A stretch of DNA of 22,320 nt from Bdellovibrionales bacterium (GCA_043739185.1 JAYUEN010000045.1:1-22320), one strand, 5' to 3'; shown: positions 8,986 to 18,370, numbered from the stretch's first letter. Made by a program: numbers and translations. Notes: generated from the sequence alone by a model not told the origin.

Positions 8986-9285
8986 TTAGGCGGCTTTTTT
9001 ATGTTTCATGAAGGCATTGAATTTCTTATCGAAATCCACGGGTTTTTCGCCGTTCTTGGTGATCATGCCGAATTTAAACCATTCATAGTGTTCAGGGCAG
9101 AAATTCACCAGAGATGGTGATTTTTTGCAATCCTTTACACAGCAGCGATTTGGAAGGCTCACAACATTATTTACTTGTGGGGCTGCTTGTTGCTTTTTAT
9201 CATGTGATTTGTCATGCGATTTGTCATGCGATTTGTCACCTGATTTTTCGCCGCCGTGAGATTCTTGTTTTGGTTTACCTGACAT
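8986..9285 (-). CDS. Small basic hypothetical protein with KSHD repeats and a putative CCCH zinc-binding motif
   Basis: Strong RBS (AAGGAG) upstream and its own terminator; C48-x4-C53-x9-C63-x2-H66; Lys-rich C-terminus. Confidence 0.8.
   Translation of the reverse strand: MSGKPKQESHGGEKSGDKSHDKSHDKSHDKKQQAAPQVNNVVSLPNRCCVKDCKKSPSLVNFCPEHYEWFKFGMITKNGEKPVDFDKKFNAFMKHKKAA
9206..9241. repeat. Intragenic 12-bp tandem repeat encoding KS(G/H)D units
   Basis: GATTTGTCATGC x2 plus GATTTGTCACCT, with degenerate flanking units. Confidence 0.8.
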
Positions 9286-9307
9286 TGGACTCTCTCCTTT
9301 TTGATTT

Positions 9308-9355
9308 TTCTCTGGTCAATTCTCTGGTTAATTCTCCGGCCAATTCTCTGGCCAT
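9308..9355. repeat. Four imperfect 12-bp tandem repeats upstream of the 99-aa gene
   Basis: TTCTCTGGTCAA, TTCTCTGGTTAA, TTCTCCGGCCAA, TTCTCTGGCCAT. Confidence 0.85.
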
Positions 9356-9527
9356 TTGCCTCGTTCTATTAAAGCTATCGACAAAAGGACAGATGGGCTT
9401 TAGGCCAAAGTGAATGTTTTTTGGTGTCTCAAAATGAGAAAGTTTGAAAAACTGCCTAGAGAAGAGTTGATGTGAGTCCAGGCTTTCTACTATTTACTCA
9501 AAATTTCTGCAAAGTGTAGAATAAATT

Positions 9528-10094
9528 TCATCTATTTTGAATTTTTGACAATGGGGCGCGCCTTAATAGTCCAGCCAAAATGAAATTTTTCATTTTTTTA
9601 GAAATATTTTTGGCAAGCTCGATGTTTAAGCCACCGATAATTAAAATCGCAACTCCTTGAGCTGCAGCTTGATAAATAAATGCGGCTTCAAGCGCATCAA
9701 TGGTTAACAATTCTTTTTGCTCAGCGAGTTCAAACTTTTGAATGGTAGCTTCAAAACATTTGCGTCCACATTCAGGAATTTGACCTATTGTTTGCGAGGA
9801 CATCATAACAGAATAAAGCTCTGGTTCATTCGTTGCGAATTCAATATAGTCGTCCCAGGTTTGCGAAATAAGGTTTATAGGATCTTCTTTTTTTATATCG
9901 ACTAATTTGAATTTCGAATTTTTGTTAAACGCCATTAATGTTACGGCACTTAATAGTTCGGTGCGATCCTCAAAATAATAATAGAGAGTTGGGGCTGTGA
10001 TGCCGACGCTAGAGCAAATCGCTCTAATCGATGCCGCTTTCGGGCCTTTCTTTGAAATTATTTTGGCTGTGGCTCTAATAATTTGCTCTCGCAT
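9528..10094 (-). CDS. TetR/AcrR family transcriptional regulator
   Basis: N-terminal HTH (SIRAICSSVGITAPTLYYYFEDR); divergent from the PQQ dehydrogenase gene. Confidence 0.92.
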   Translation of the reverse strand: MREQIIRATAKIISKKGPKAASIRAICSSVGITAPTLYYYFEDRTELLSAVTLMAFNKNSKFKLVDIKKEDPINLISQTWDDYIEFATNEPELYSVMMSSQTIGQIPECGRKCFEATIQKFELAEQKELLTIDALEAAFIYQAAAQGVAILIIGGLNIELAKNISKKMKNFILAGLLRRAPLSKIQNR

Positions 10095-10127
10095 ACTAAG
10101 TTTTTATCCAAGATAATTCGAAAAGTC

Positions 10128-10156
10128 TATAACATTGTTATATAACTTTTGTTATA
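10128..10156. promoter_or_regulatory. Two overlapping palindromes, probable TetR operators
   Basis: TATAACA-T-TGTTATA (10128-10142) and TATAAC-TTTT-GTTATA (10141-10156) in the divergent intergenic region. Confidence 0.7.
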
Positions 10157-10219
10157 TGAGTTTTGCGATTGACATGACTTTTTTTATAGTCAAGCTTGGG
10201 ACTCAAAAAGGAGCAAAAA

Positions 10220-12223
10220 ATGATTTCGAAATTTGGATATGTTACCAAGCTAATTGCAATCACAGTTCTAACCAGTTGTTCAGTTGCAGGCAAACAAGAC
10301 TCATTAGATCGGCAGGTTGCAAGCTTAGTGCCCGGAACAAATGTCGAATGGCCTCACTATGGCGGAGACTTAGGTGCTTCAAAATTTTCTAATTTGGGTA
10401 CAATCAATAAAGAAAATGTAAGTCATTTAAAAGTGGCTTGGCAGTGGAATAGCATAGACAATCCGATCATAAAACATCAAGGAATTGATACTGCTTACTA
10501 CGAAGCAACCCCGATCATGACAAATTCGATGCTTTACACCAGTACTTCGCTCAATCAAGTTGTAGCACTCAATCCTGAAACAGGAGAGCTTATATGGCAA
10601 TTTGATCCTGAGACATATAAAAATGGTTATCCTCCCAACTCTGGATTTGTACATCGAGGTGTGTCCTTTTGGACCGATGGTAAACAAAAGCGAATATTCA
10701 TCGGCACCAATGATGCGTATCTCATCGCTTTGAATGCTGATACCGGAAAGGTCTATAAAAATTTTGGAAGTGAAGGAAGAATTGACCTCACAGAGGGTTT
10801 GAGGCGCAAGATCGCGCGAGACCAATATGGAGTGACTTCGCCCCCTTTAATTTGTAGAAATACAATTATCGTGGGCTCAAGTATTGCTGATTTCTTCTTT
10901 AAACTCGGAATGCCCCCAGGAGATGTTCGCGGATTTGATGCTTCAACCGGTAAACTTAAATGGACATTTCACACGATCCCTCAGGAGTCAGAGTCAGGTG
11001 TCGAAACTTGGGATGGAGACTCCTCAAAAATTGCTGGAAACACAAATGTATGGGCTCCGATGAGTGCGGATCAGGAATTGGGTGCGGTTTATCTACCTAT
11101 TAGTACTCCTTCGAATGATTATTATGGTGGAGAACGTGGCGGAGATAATCTCTACGCTGAGAGTTTAGTTAGTCTCGATTGTGAAACCGGAAAAAGAAAT
11201 TGGCACTTTCAACTCGTGCACCATGGACTTTGGGATTACGATAGTCCTGCGGCTCCAATCTTAGCTGATATAATTGTTAACGGAAAACCTGTTAAAGCCG
11301 TCATTCAGGTTACTAAACAGGCTTTTGCTTATGTATTTGATCGAATTACTGGCAAGCCTGTTTGGCCAATTATTGAAACTCCTGTTCCCCAGTCAAAGCT
11401 TGCGGGAGAAGTTACATCACCAACACAGCCGATTCCGACTTTGCCACTCGCATTTGATCTTCAGGGTATTTCTGACGATAATTTGATTGATTTCACGCCT
11501 GCGCTAAGGAAGTCCGCGAAAAAAGTTATCAGCGAATACGAGTATGGCCCCCTCTTTACTCCTCCAGCAGCCGGTAAGGGTACGATCAATCTTCCGGGCG
11601 ATGTGGGCGGAGCGAGTTGGGCTGGGGCAGCTTTTAGCCCAGTGACGGGTAAACTATACGTGCCCTCTGTGACAAACCCCCATGTGATTAGTCTCGATCA
11701 TGTGCCTTTTACAGATTATGAATATACTTCAGTTCATCCAAAATATTTGTTGGGAGCAGAAGGCTTACCTCTTACTAAGCCGCCCTACGGTCGTATTACG
11801 GCAATTGATATGAATACCGGCGCTCAATCATGGATGGTTCCAATTGGTGAGGGTCCTAAGTCATTATTGGCGGCCCAGGGGGTAAAGGTTTCAGAAGATC
11901 TTGGCTGGCCTCGTCGCACCCATGTTTTGGTGACACCGACACTGTTGTTTGCAGTGCAGTCAGGGTACTATGAAATTAGCGGAGTACATTTTCGAAATCT
12001 ATTGCCGAACTCGGTTAAGATCCAAGCAAACAATGATGATCCATTGTTAAGAGTGTTGGACCCAGAGACAGGCGCAACTATTGCCAAAGTAAAACTCCCA
12101 GCGAACTCTTATGCGGCGCCGATGACTTATTCGTTCAATGGAAAGCAATACGTGGTTATGTCTGTTGGTGGAGGCGGAACTAATCTGGATGCTGGGATTA
12201 TTGCCGTTTCGAATGGTGAGTAG
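10220..12223 (+). CDS. PQQ-dependent dehydrogenase (glucose/quinate/shikimate DH-like beta-propeller), predicted lipoprotein
   Basis: WPHYGGD, YEATP, RGVSFW, TSPP, NVWAPMSAD, WHFQLVHHGLWDYD and PPYGRITAID motifs; AAGGAG RBS before ATG 10220; lipobox LTSC at residue 20. Confidence 0.9.
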   Translation: MISKFGYVTKLIAITVLTSCSVAGKQDSLDRQVASLVPGTNVEWPHYGGDLGASKFSNLGTINKENVSHLKVAWQWNSIDNPIIKHQGIDTAYYEATPIMTNSMLYTSTSLNQVVALNPETGELIWQFDPETYKNGYPPNSGFVHRGVSFWTDGKQKRIFIGTNDAYLIALNADTGKVYKNFGSEGRIDLTEGLRRKIARDQYGVTSPPLICRNTIIVGSSIADFFFKLGMPPGDVRGFDASTGKLKWTFHTIPQESESGVETWDGDSSKIAGNTNVWAPMSADQELGAVYLPISTPSNDYYGGERGGDNLYAESLVSLDCETGKRNWHFQLVHHGLWDYDSPAAPILADIIVNGKPVKAVIQVTKQAFAYVFDRITGKPVWPIIETPVPQSKLAGEVTSPTQPIPTLPLAFDLQGISDDNLIDFTPALRKSAKKVISEYEYGPLFTPPAAGKGTINLPGDVGGASWAGAAFSPVTGKLYVPSVTNPHVISLDHVPFTDYEYTSVHPKYLLGAEGLPLTKPPYGRITAIDMNTGAQSWMVPIGEGPKSLLAAQGVKVSEDLGWPRRTHVLVTPTLLFAVQSGYYEISGVHFRNLLPNSVKIQANNDDPLLRVLDPETGATIAKVKLPANSYAAPMTYSFNGKQYVVMSVGGGGTNLDAGIIAVSNGE

Positions 12224-12314
12224 ACGTAAACATTTTGTTATTGATTGATTGTTTTGAGAAGGCGCCGAATGAACGATGTCCCATTGATTTGTAAGCGCGA
12301 CCAAGGGCGGGGGA

Positions 12315-12336
12315 GCACTCCAATATTTAGGAGTGC
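12315..12336. terminator. Hairpin between convergent genes, possible terminator
   Basis: GCACTCC-N8-GGAGTGC, 4 bp beyond the peroxidase stop codon; no clear U-tract. Confidence 0.35.
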
Positions 12337-12340
12337 CCTG

Positions 12341-12820
12341 CTATTTTAAAAGGTTTTCAATATCTTTGACCAAGGCCTCAGGTTTTGTATTTGGAGCATA
12401 ACGTTTGATGTGCTTGCCGTCGCGACTTACTAGAAATTTTGTAAAATTCCATTTAATAGATTTGATTCCTAAAAAACCTGGGGCTTCAGAACTTAAATAT
12501 TGAAAGAGGGGATCGGCATTTGCCCCCTTCACTTCAATTTTTGAAAGGACAGGAAAGCTCACTCCAAAATTGAGTTTACAAAAACTTTGAATTTCAGAGT
12601 CAGTGCCGCTTTCTTGGCCCCCAAATTGATTGCAAGGAAAGCCTAGGATATTGAGCCCCATTGAAGAATACTTTTTATGAAGGGCTTCGAGGCCTTCATA
12701 TTGGGAGGTAAACCCGCATTGACTAGCCACATTGACAATGAGCAAAGGCTTCCCTTGAAAGCTTTTCAGAGCCAAACTTGAACCATCAGCGGCTTTTACA
12801 GAAAAATCAAAGATCGCCAT
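12341..12820 (-). CDS. Glutathione peroxidase family protein (Cys-type, BtuE/Gpx-like)
   Basis: VNVASQCGFT, LGFPCNQF and IKWNFTKFLV motifs. Confidence 0.95.
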   Translation of the reverse strand: MAIFDFSVKAADGSSLALKSFQGKPLLIVNVASQCGFTSQYEGLEALHKKYSSMGLNILGFPCNQFGGQESGTDSEIQSFCKLNFGVSFPVLSKIEVKGANADPLFQYLSSEAPGFLGIKSIKWNFTKFLVSRDGKHIKRYAPNTKPEALVKDIENLLK

Positions 12821-12840
12821 TTCATTTCCTTACTAAAAAA

Positions 12841-15800
12841 TTATTTTCCCGCAACATCTTCTAATTCAGTTTTCGTTTCTAATTCGGGCATGAAAAGATC
12901 TTTCAATACACCCTGACTCCAAATTCTGAATCGATCGATATAACTAAAGGATGCCGGCACAACCACCAAAGTTAAGATGGTTGAACTTATTAAGCCGCCA
13001 ATAATTGCAAAGCCCATACTGGTTCTCTGTTTGCTGGCTTCATTCAATCCGATTGCGATCGGAATGGTGCCCGCAATCAAGGCCATTGTAGTCATCAGGA
13101 TGGGACGCAATCTGGTTTTGCCAGACAGAAGAATTGCCTCATTGCGACTCAAACCACTTTGAATGAGTTGATTGGCATAATCGACCAAGAGAATTGAATT
13201 TTTGGTTGCAACCCCTAAGAGCATGACAATGCCGATCATTGAGAAAATATTCATCGACTGATGTGCGATAAATAGTCCAACAAAAGAACCGCAAATAGCT
13301 AAAGGAAGTGCCAACATAATTGTAAATGGAGTAATAAAACTTTCGTATAAACTTGCGAGCACGAAAAATATAAATAATACTCCAGCGCCCATCGCAAAAA
13401 CCATATTCTCAATGAGTTCCTTAAAGTTTTCAGCCTGTCCAACATAGGCGTAGGTGATGCCTTCTGGAGCTTTGAGCTCAGGATCTTGCTTTAGCCAATT
13501 TGTAAGATCATCCATAATATTGCCGAGGCCTGCGCCGGGGGCAATATCACCTGATATTTGCACCATTCGCGCCCGATCTTGACGAGTAATTTTAGAGGGG
13601 CCATCTGTTGAAAAAGGTGCTGCGACTGAGCTCAATTTAACAAGTGAGCCGTTCAAATTAGGAACGTATGTTTGATTAAAAGATTCTTTCAAATTGCGTT
13701 GATCATCTTGCAAGCGTACGCGTACATCATATTCGAGTCCGTTTTCACGAAATTTAGCTGGAATAACGCCTTCAATTTGTGCTCTTAGCTCCGTGCCGAT
13801 TAGAGTCGTCGACATACCAAGTGATTGGGCCTTGGTTTTATCAGGTCGTATTTGAAATTCAGGTTTGCCAGGTCTGAAATTGACGTCAACGTCTTTTAGC
13901 CCCGAATATTTTTTTAAACGAGCTAAAAATTTGAGGGAAAATTCTTCGAGAGCCTTTTGATCACTGCCAAAAAAATCAAGATTAAAGGGTCTTTGGCCCG
14001 CAGCAACCGGGTCATAATCTTGGACTGCGGGATTGGCAAAAGCATAAGTTTTCAATTGATCGCGAATCTTTTGTTTGACCTGGCTCGTATTCATCTTGCG
14101 TTCTTTTGAGGGTACTAAATGTATATAAGAGCTCGCAAAATTAGAACTGCCATCGGAATCTCCCACTTGAGACGCACTCACTAGCACTTCGGGATTGCTT
14201 CGAATCAATTCATCTACTTTGAGGGTAAGTGCAGTCATTTTGTCGAGATTAGTTCCTGGCGGAAGATCCAAATTCACCATGAATTCCCCAGCGTCTTGCT
14301 CGGGTAAAAAAGTAAACGGGACATAGCGGGCAAGTAAAAGAGAAAGTAGAAAAATCCCAAGGCTTGTACTCAATACAAGTAAAGGCTTTTTCAAGCAATA
14401 TTTCATTATTTGTTCATACTTTATTTCAAGCCAGTCTTGAAATCTGGTGAAAGCTCTTAGGATAGGTCCAAATAATTGATCGTAGACTTCTCCGATGACC
14501 CAAAATATCTGCCCAAAAAAGCCATTTGGTTTGGCGGTTTTTTCTTGTTTATGAGTAATTCCAGCAAAATAAGCCGAAAGCATTGGGGCAATAGTGAGTG
14601 CATCAAATAGCGAAATCGCCATAGCAAAGCAAATGGTAAGACCAAATTGTTTAAAAAATTGTCCGACCACTCCCTTTAAAAATCCCAGCGGTCCAAAAAC
14701 AGCGATGACCGTGAGTGAAGTTGCAATCACAGCTAAGCGCACTTCATTTGTACCAAAAAGTGCTGCTTCTTTTGGTTTCATACCGCGTTCAATATGTCTG
14801 AAAATATTTTCTCTTACCACAATGGCATCATCAATGAGGAGTCCGACAGAAAGGCTGAGCGCAAGCAAAGTCATAATATTAATTGTAAAGCCTGCCATGG
14901 CCATAAGAATGAACGCGCCGATAAGAGAATTCGGTAAGGCAAGTCCTGTGATAATAGTTGAACGGCCATTTGCTAAAAATAAGAAAACCACAATAACCGC
15001 TAAAATAATTCCCATGGTAATAGATTCTTTGACGTCTTGGACATTGGCCCGAACCCAACTTGAGCCATCGCGAATAATTATGAGTTTGGGGTGGCCAGCT
15101 TGCTTTAAGTATTGATCGTTGATGATATTTACCTTCTTCTTCAAAGCATCAACGACAGAAATAGTATTGGAGCCTGATTGCTTAAATATTTTTAATGAAA
15201 GTGATTTTTTGCCATTCACAAAACTCTTTGAAGATTCGTCAACCAAAGTGTCTGCAACCGTTCCTATATCTTCAACCCTTACTGGAATATCATTTCCGAA
15301 AAAATTAACTACTAGCTTTTTGATATCATCAATTGAGGAGAACTGGCCCAGGGTTCTGAAAATAGTTTCGGTTTCTCCCTGACTTTTTTTACCACTCGGA
15401 ATATCTTGGCCGGAGCCACCGAGTCGCGCCGCGACTGCACTTACTGAAAGCTCGCGTGCTTTTAGTTTTTCACGGTCAAGCTGGATTTGAATTTCGCGTT
15501 TTCTTCCGCCGTTGATAGTAACCAAACCAACTTTTGATACTTGTTCTAGCTTGGGTTTGATTTTATCATCGGCAAGATCAAATAATTTCGCATCTGGTAA
15601 ATCAGCATCTAAGGCCAATTCCAAAATAGGTTGATCTGCAGGATCAATACGTCTGACAATAGGTTCTTTTGCCTCCGCAGGTAAGAGTCGCTTCACTAAG
15701 CTGAGACGATCGCGAATTTGCTGTTCAGAATCTTTGATGTCTGACTCCAAATTAAATTCCGCAACAATTATGGCGATTCCTTCATTGTTGATTGAACTAA

Positions 15801-16038
15801 GCCGTTTGATTCCTGAAAGGGTTGAGAGTTCGTCTTCAATTGGTTTTGAAATGAGGGTTTCAACTTCAGAGGGGCCAGCTCCGGGATAAGGGATGCTAAC
15901 AGTTACCACCGGAAGAGTTACGTCTGGGAAGAGATCGACTCCCAATTTCGAAATGGCCATGAGGCCGGCTACCAAACTCACTAGTACAATACAGGTAATA
16001 AAAATTGGGCGCTTGATAGCGATTTCAGCGAGATTCAT
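12841..16038 (-). CDS. RND efflux transporter permease subunit (AcrB/AcrD/AcrF family)
   Basis: IKRP start, DLFPDV, YPGAGP, proton-relay motifs LLIDDAIVVREN, KNSILLVDY and RLRPILMTT. Start set at ATG 16038 (GGAG RBS; overlaps the end of the TolC gene). Confidence 0.95.
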   Translation of the reverse strand: MNLAEIAIKRPIFITCIVLVSLVAGLMAISKLGVDLFPDVTLPVVTVSIPYPGAGPSEVETLISKPIEDELSTLSGIKRLSSINNEGIAIIVAEFNLESDIKDSEQQIRDRLSLVKRLLPAEAKEPIVRRIDPADQPILELALDADLPDAKLFDLADDKIKPKLEQVSKVGLVTINGGRKREIQIQLDREKLKARELSVSAVAARLGGSGQDIPSGKKSQGETETIFRTLGQFSSIDDIKKLVVNFFGNDIPVRVEDIGTVADTLVDESSKSFVNGKKSLSLKIFKQSGSNTISVVDALKKKVNIINDQYLKQAGHPKLIIIRDGSSWVRANVQDVKESITMGIILAVIVVFLFLANGRSTIITGLALPNSLIGAFILMAMAGFTINIMTLLALSLSVGLLIDDAIVVRENIFRHIERGMKPKEAALFGTNEVRLAVIATSLTVIAVFGPLGFLKGVVGQFFKQFGLTICFAMAISLFDALTIAPMLSAYFAGITHKQEKTAKPNGFFGQIFWVIGEVYDQLFGPILRAFTRFQDWLEIKYEQIMKYCLKKPLLVLSTSLGIFLLSLLLARYVPFTFLPEQDAGEFMVNLDLPPGTNLDKMTALTLKVDELIRSNPEVLVSASQVGDSDGSSNFASSYIHLVPSKERKMNTSQVKQKIRDQLKTYAFANPAVQDYDPVAAGQRPFNLDFFGSDQKALEEFSLKFLARLKKYSGLKDVDVNFRPGKPEFQIRPDKTKAQSLGMSTTLIGTELRAQIEGVIPAKFRENGLEYDVRVRLQDDQRNLKESFNQTYVPNLNGSLVKLSSVAAPFSTDGPSKITRQDRARMVQISGDIAPGAGLGNIMDDLTNWLKQDPELKAPEGITYAYVGQAENFKELIENMVFAMGAGVLFIFFVLASLYESFITPFTIMLALPLAICGSFVGLFIAHQSMNIFSMIGIVMLLGVATKNSILLVDYANQLIQSGLSRNEAILLSGKTRLRPILMTTMALIAGTIPIAIGLNEASKQRTSMGFAIIGGLISSTILTLVVVPASFSYIDRFRIWSQGVLKDLFMPELETKTELEDVAGK

Positions 16039-17464
16039 AGGATTCTCCAAAGAGTTTAAGTTGCGCATGAACTTGCAAAATTTCAGTGAGCGTGCGAATG
16101 CGACTGAGCTCAGCTACTAGATAATCGACTTCAAAAAGAATGACATTGACGAGTGTCGTGCGTCCTTTTGAGTGGCGACTTTTTTCATTTTGTAATTTTG
16201 CTTTTTGGGCCGCAGAAAGATTTTCGAGTAATTCGTAGCGAGCCAAGGCATTTTCAAGTTTCTGATTGAGGTCATGCCAGTCGCGTTCTTGCTCAAATAT
16301 TTTTCTTTCTAAACTGTGTTGCGCTGCCAATTGTTGCTCGCGCCACCCGGTTGCTGAATCACGAGTTGCGCCGAAATTCAGCGGAAAATTTAAGCGCACC
16401 CCGATGACTTCTGTTGGCTTGGAGGAGCCGAAGGATTGATTGATGCTATCGGATTGGCTGGTGTCAAAGCCGTTCATCCCGAGCTGACCATAGATTTCAA
16501 GAATTGGACGGGTTTTTTCTTGCGAGAGTTTAGCGCCGGCAATACTGGCGCGCGCTTGTTCTTGTGCGGCCTTGACGTCATCACGAGTTTGCATGCTTGC
16601 TTGACGTTTTAATTTTTCTCTCAGCTCGTGACCTGCATATTGCGACCAGGAATCTAATTTTTCAGGAACAACATCTGAATCCGTTCCTCGTGAAGAATTA
16701 AATGCACGGGAGGCACTTTGTTCTTCTTCTTGGGCGAGACTAAGATCAACTTTGCGGGCTTCTAAGGCCGCCTTCGCTTGTAAAAAATCAGACTGATCAG
16801 CCAAACCAAGTTTAGCTTTGTTTTGGGAATAGTCGAAAATACGCTTGGCTCGATCGAAGGCATCTTTTGATACGAGGGCGGCTTCACGAGACAAGGCAAG
16901 GCGCCAGTAACTACTCTCAGCCTCAAGTAGCTGAGCCTTTAATTTGTAACTTTCGGCAAATTTTTGCGCCTCAATACTTGCTTCGAGTTGCTGCTTCATC
17001 GCAAAGACTTCAGAACCAAAACCATTTCTCCAAAGAGATTGCGAGATTTCAAGCAAGGGCCCGGTTTGATAATCAAGTGGGATGAGGGTTCCGACATAGT
17101 GAAGGGAGCTATAGTTGTAAGAAAGCTTGGCTTGGGTTCCATAATTATTTTGGTCCTGTACGCCAATTTGAAGCTGGGTGGATTCAAATTTTTGATATGG
17201 AAAAAATGGGCTCTGTTTGGAATCACTTATATAGGTCAAATTTGAAAAGAAATTGGGGGAAGTCAGCAGGCCAACATCATTTTGGATCAAATGTGAAGAG
17301 TCGACCATTAATTCAGAAGATTTGATGGCATCATTTTTACTTCCCACCTGATGAAGATAAGTTTCAAGGCTCATGCTGTTTCCGGTTTCAATTTTTTCAA
17401 TTGATTTAGAGAAGGCAGAGAAGGTGAAAAGGCTTAGTAGGACATTCAGAATTAGAATTTTCAT
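16025..17464 (-). CDS. TolC family outer membrane efflux protein
   Basis: Signal peptide, ISQSLWRNG, YWRL, VGVRLNFPL-like strand (IGVRLNFPL) and long coiled helices; directly upstream of the RND gene. Confidence 0.85.
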   Translation of the reverse strand: MKILILNVLLSLFTFSAFSKSIEKIETGNSMSLETYLHQVGSKNDAIKSSELMVDSSHLIQNDVGLLTSPNFFSNLTYISDSKQSPFFPYQKFESTQLQIGVQDQNNYGTQAKLSYNYSSLHYVGTLIPLDYQTGPLLEISQSLWRNGFGSEVFAMKQQLEASIEAQKFAESYKLKAQLLEAESSYWRLALSREAALVSKDAFDRAKRIFDYSQNKAKLGLADQSDFLQAKAALEARKVDLSLAQEEEQSASRAFNSSRGTDSDVVPEKLDSWSQYAGHELREKLKRQASMQTRDDVKAAQEQARASIAGAKLSQEKTRPILEIYGQLGMNGFDTSQSDSINQSFGSSKPTEVIGVRLNFPLNFGATRDSATGWREQQLAAQHSLERKIFEQERDWHDLNQKLENALARYELLENLSAAQKAKLQNEKSRHSKGRTTLVNVILFEVDYLVAELSRIRTLTEILQVHAQLKLFGESYESR

Positions 17465-18114
17465 TTTGATATTCCTGCAGAATCAGTTTTCATTATACCC
17501 TCAAGGGCAATATTAATAAAATAATCAATCGTTGACTCAAAATCTTTAGGCTTGGTAACTGTGCTACCAAGCATTTCTTTGCGCATAGGATCTGCTTTTA
17601 CAATATGAATGAGCATGCCAAAAACGAAAAATGTAGATAGTTGCGGGTCAAGATCGGGACGTAAAATTTTGGATTTCTTAGCGGCCGAAACAAAGTTTTC
17701 AAGGCTACGATAAATAGGAAAAAAAGAGGTTTTAAAAATATCAATTGCCATGGGATTTTTAGCCTCGAAGTCACGATGTAAAATACGACAGAGATCAGGC
17801 TCTTTCAAATGCAGCTGAATAAATTCTTCGGAGAACAATCTCAGGCGCAACTTAAAATCATCAATATTTTTAGCTGGCTTTAAGAAACGGTCGGCAAAAC
17901 CCATTTGCAATTGCGCAAAATCTTTCAAGCAAGATTCATAAAGGGCTTCTTTGCCGCCGAAATAGTAACTCACGGCACTGACATTGACGCCAGCTCGATC
18001 GGCAAGATCCTTAACAGTTGCGCGATCAAAACCAATTTCGGCAAAGACCACCTTAGCCACTCTTAAGAGCTCTTCTCTTGAACTGAGATGTGATTTTTCG
18101 GGTTTAGTGGACAC
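17461..18114 (-). CDS. TetR/AcrR family transcriptional regulator (CecR-like)
   Basis: FAEIGFDRATVKDLADRAGVNVSAVSYYFGGKEALY HTH; GTG start; ATGA overlap with the TolC gene. Confidence 0.92.
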   Translation of the reverse strand: MSTKPEKSHLSSREELLRVAKVVFAEIGFDRATVKDLADRAGVNVSAVSYYFGGKEALYESCLKDFAQLQMGFADRFLKPAKNIDDFKLRLRLFSEEFIQLHLKEPDLCRILHRDFEAKNPMAIDIFKTSFFPIYRSLENFVSAAKKSKILRPDLDPQLSTFFVFGMLIHIVKADPMRKEMLGSTVTKPKDFESTIDYFINIALEGIMKTDSAGISK

Positions 18115-18162
18115 TATTTCACTTTTCTTGAGTTTTTTAAAAGCCTAACATGGCACTTGCCA

Positions 18163-18184
18163 AATTCAAACGCTCATTTGAATT
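18163..18184. promoter_or_regulatory. Palindromic operator, probably for the adjacent TetR
   Basis: AATTCAAA-CGCTCA-TTTGAATT about 50 bp upstream of the TetR start; a further half-site (GTTTGAAT) lies near 18197-18204. Confidence 0.65.
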
Positions 18185-18370
18185 ATGCAGCATTGCGTTT
18201 GAATCGGATTGAAGTCGCGTAGCGGATCCGGGACCTGGCTCTGGTCAAAATTTACATAGAGATTGAAAACTTCACCAAGTGTTTGTCCAAGTTGAGGGTG
18301 TTAAATGCAACCTAAAGGCTTCAAATCACAAATTTAACTGGTACAAATACTGCTTAGAAGCTTAAATCAA

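Noticed and set aside
9114..9413. Plus-strand 99-aa ORF with CHAI and SLVN repeats
   Set aside because: It is the antisense shadow of the two 12-bp repeat tracts; the minus-strand gene has the RBS and terminator.
10169..10193. TTGACA...TATAGT as a sigma70 promoter for the PQQ dehydrogenase
   Set aside because: The hexamers are only 10 nt apart, too short for a sigma70 promoter.
12341..12820. Selenocysteine-containing glutathione peroxidase
   Set aside because: The active-site residue is an ordinary Cys (ASQCG) and there is no in-frame TGA.
14594..15382. Long antisense ORFs (173 aa and 87 aa) inside the RND gene, and similar short ORFs within other genes
   Set aside because: They are codon-mirror shadows of real genes with no recognisable motifs or RBS.
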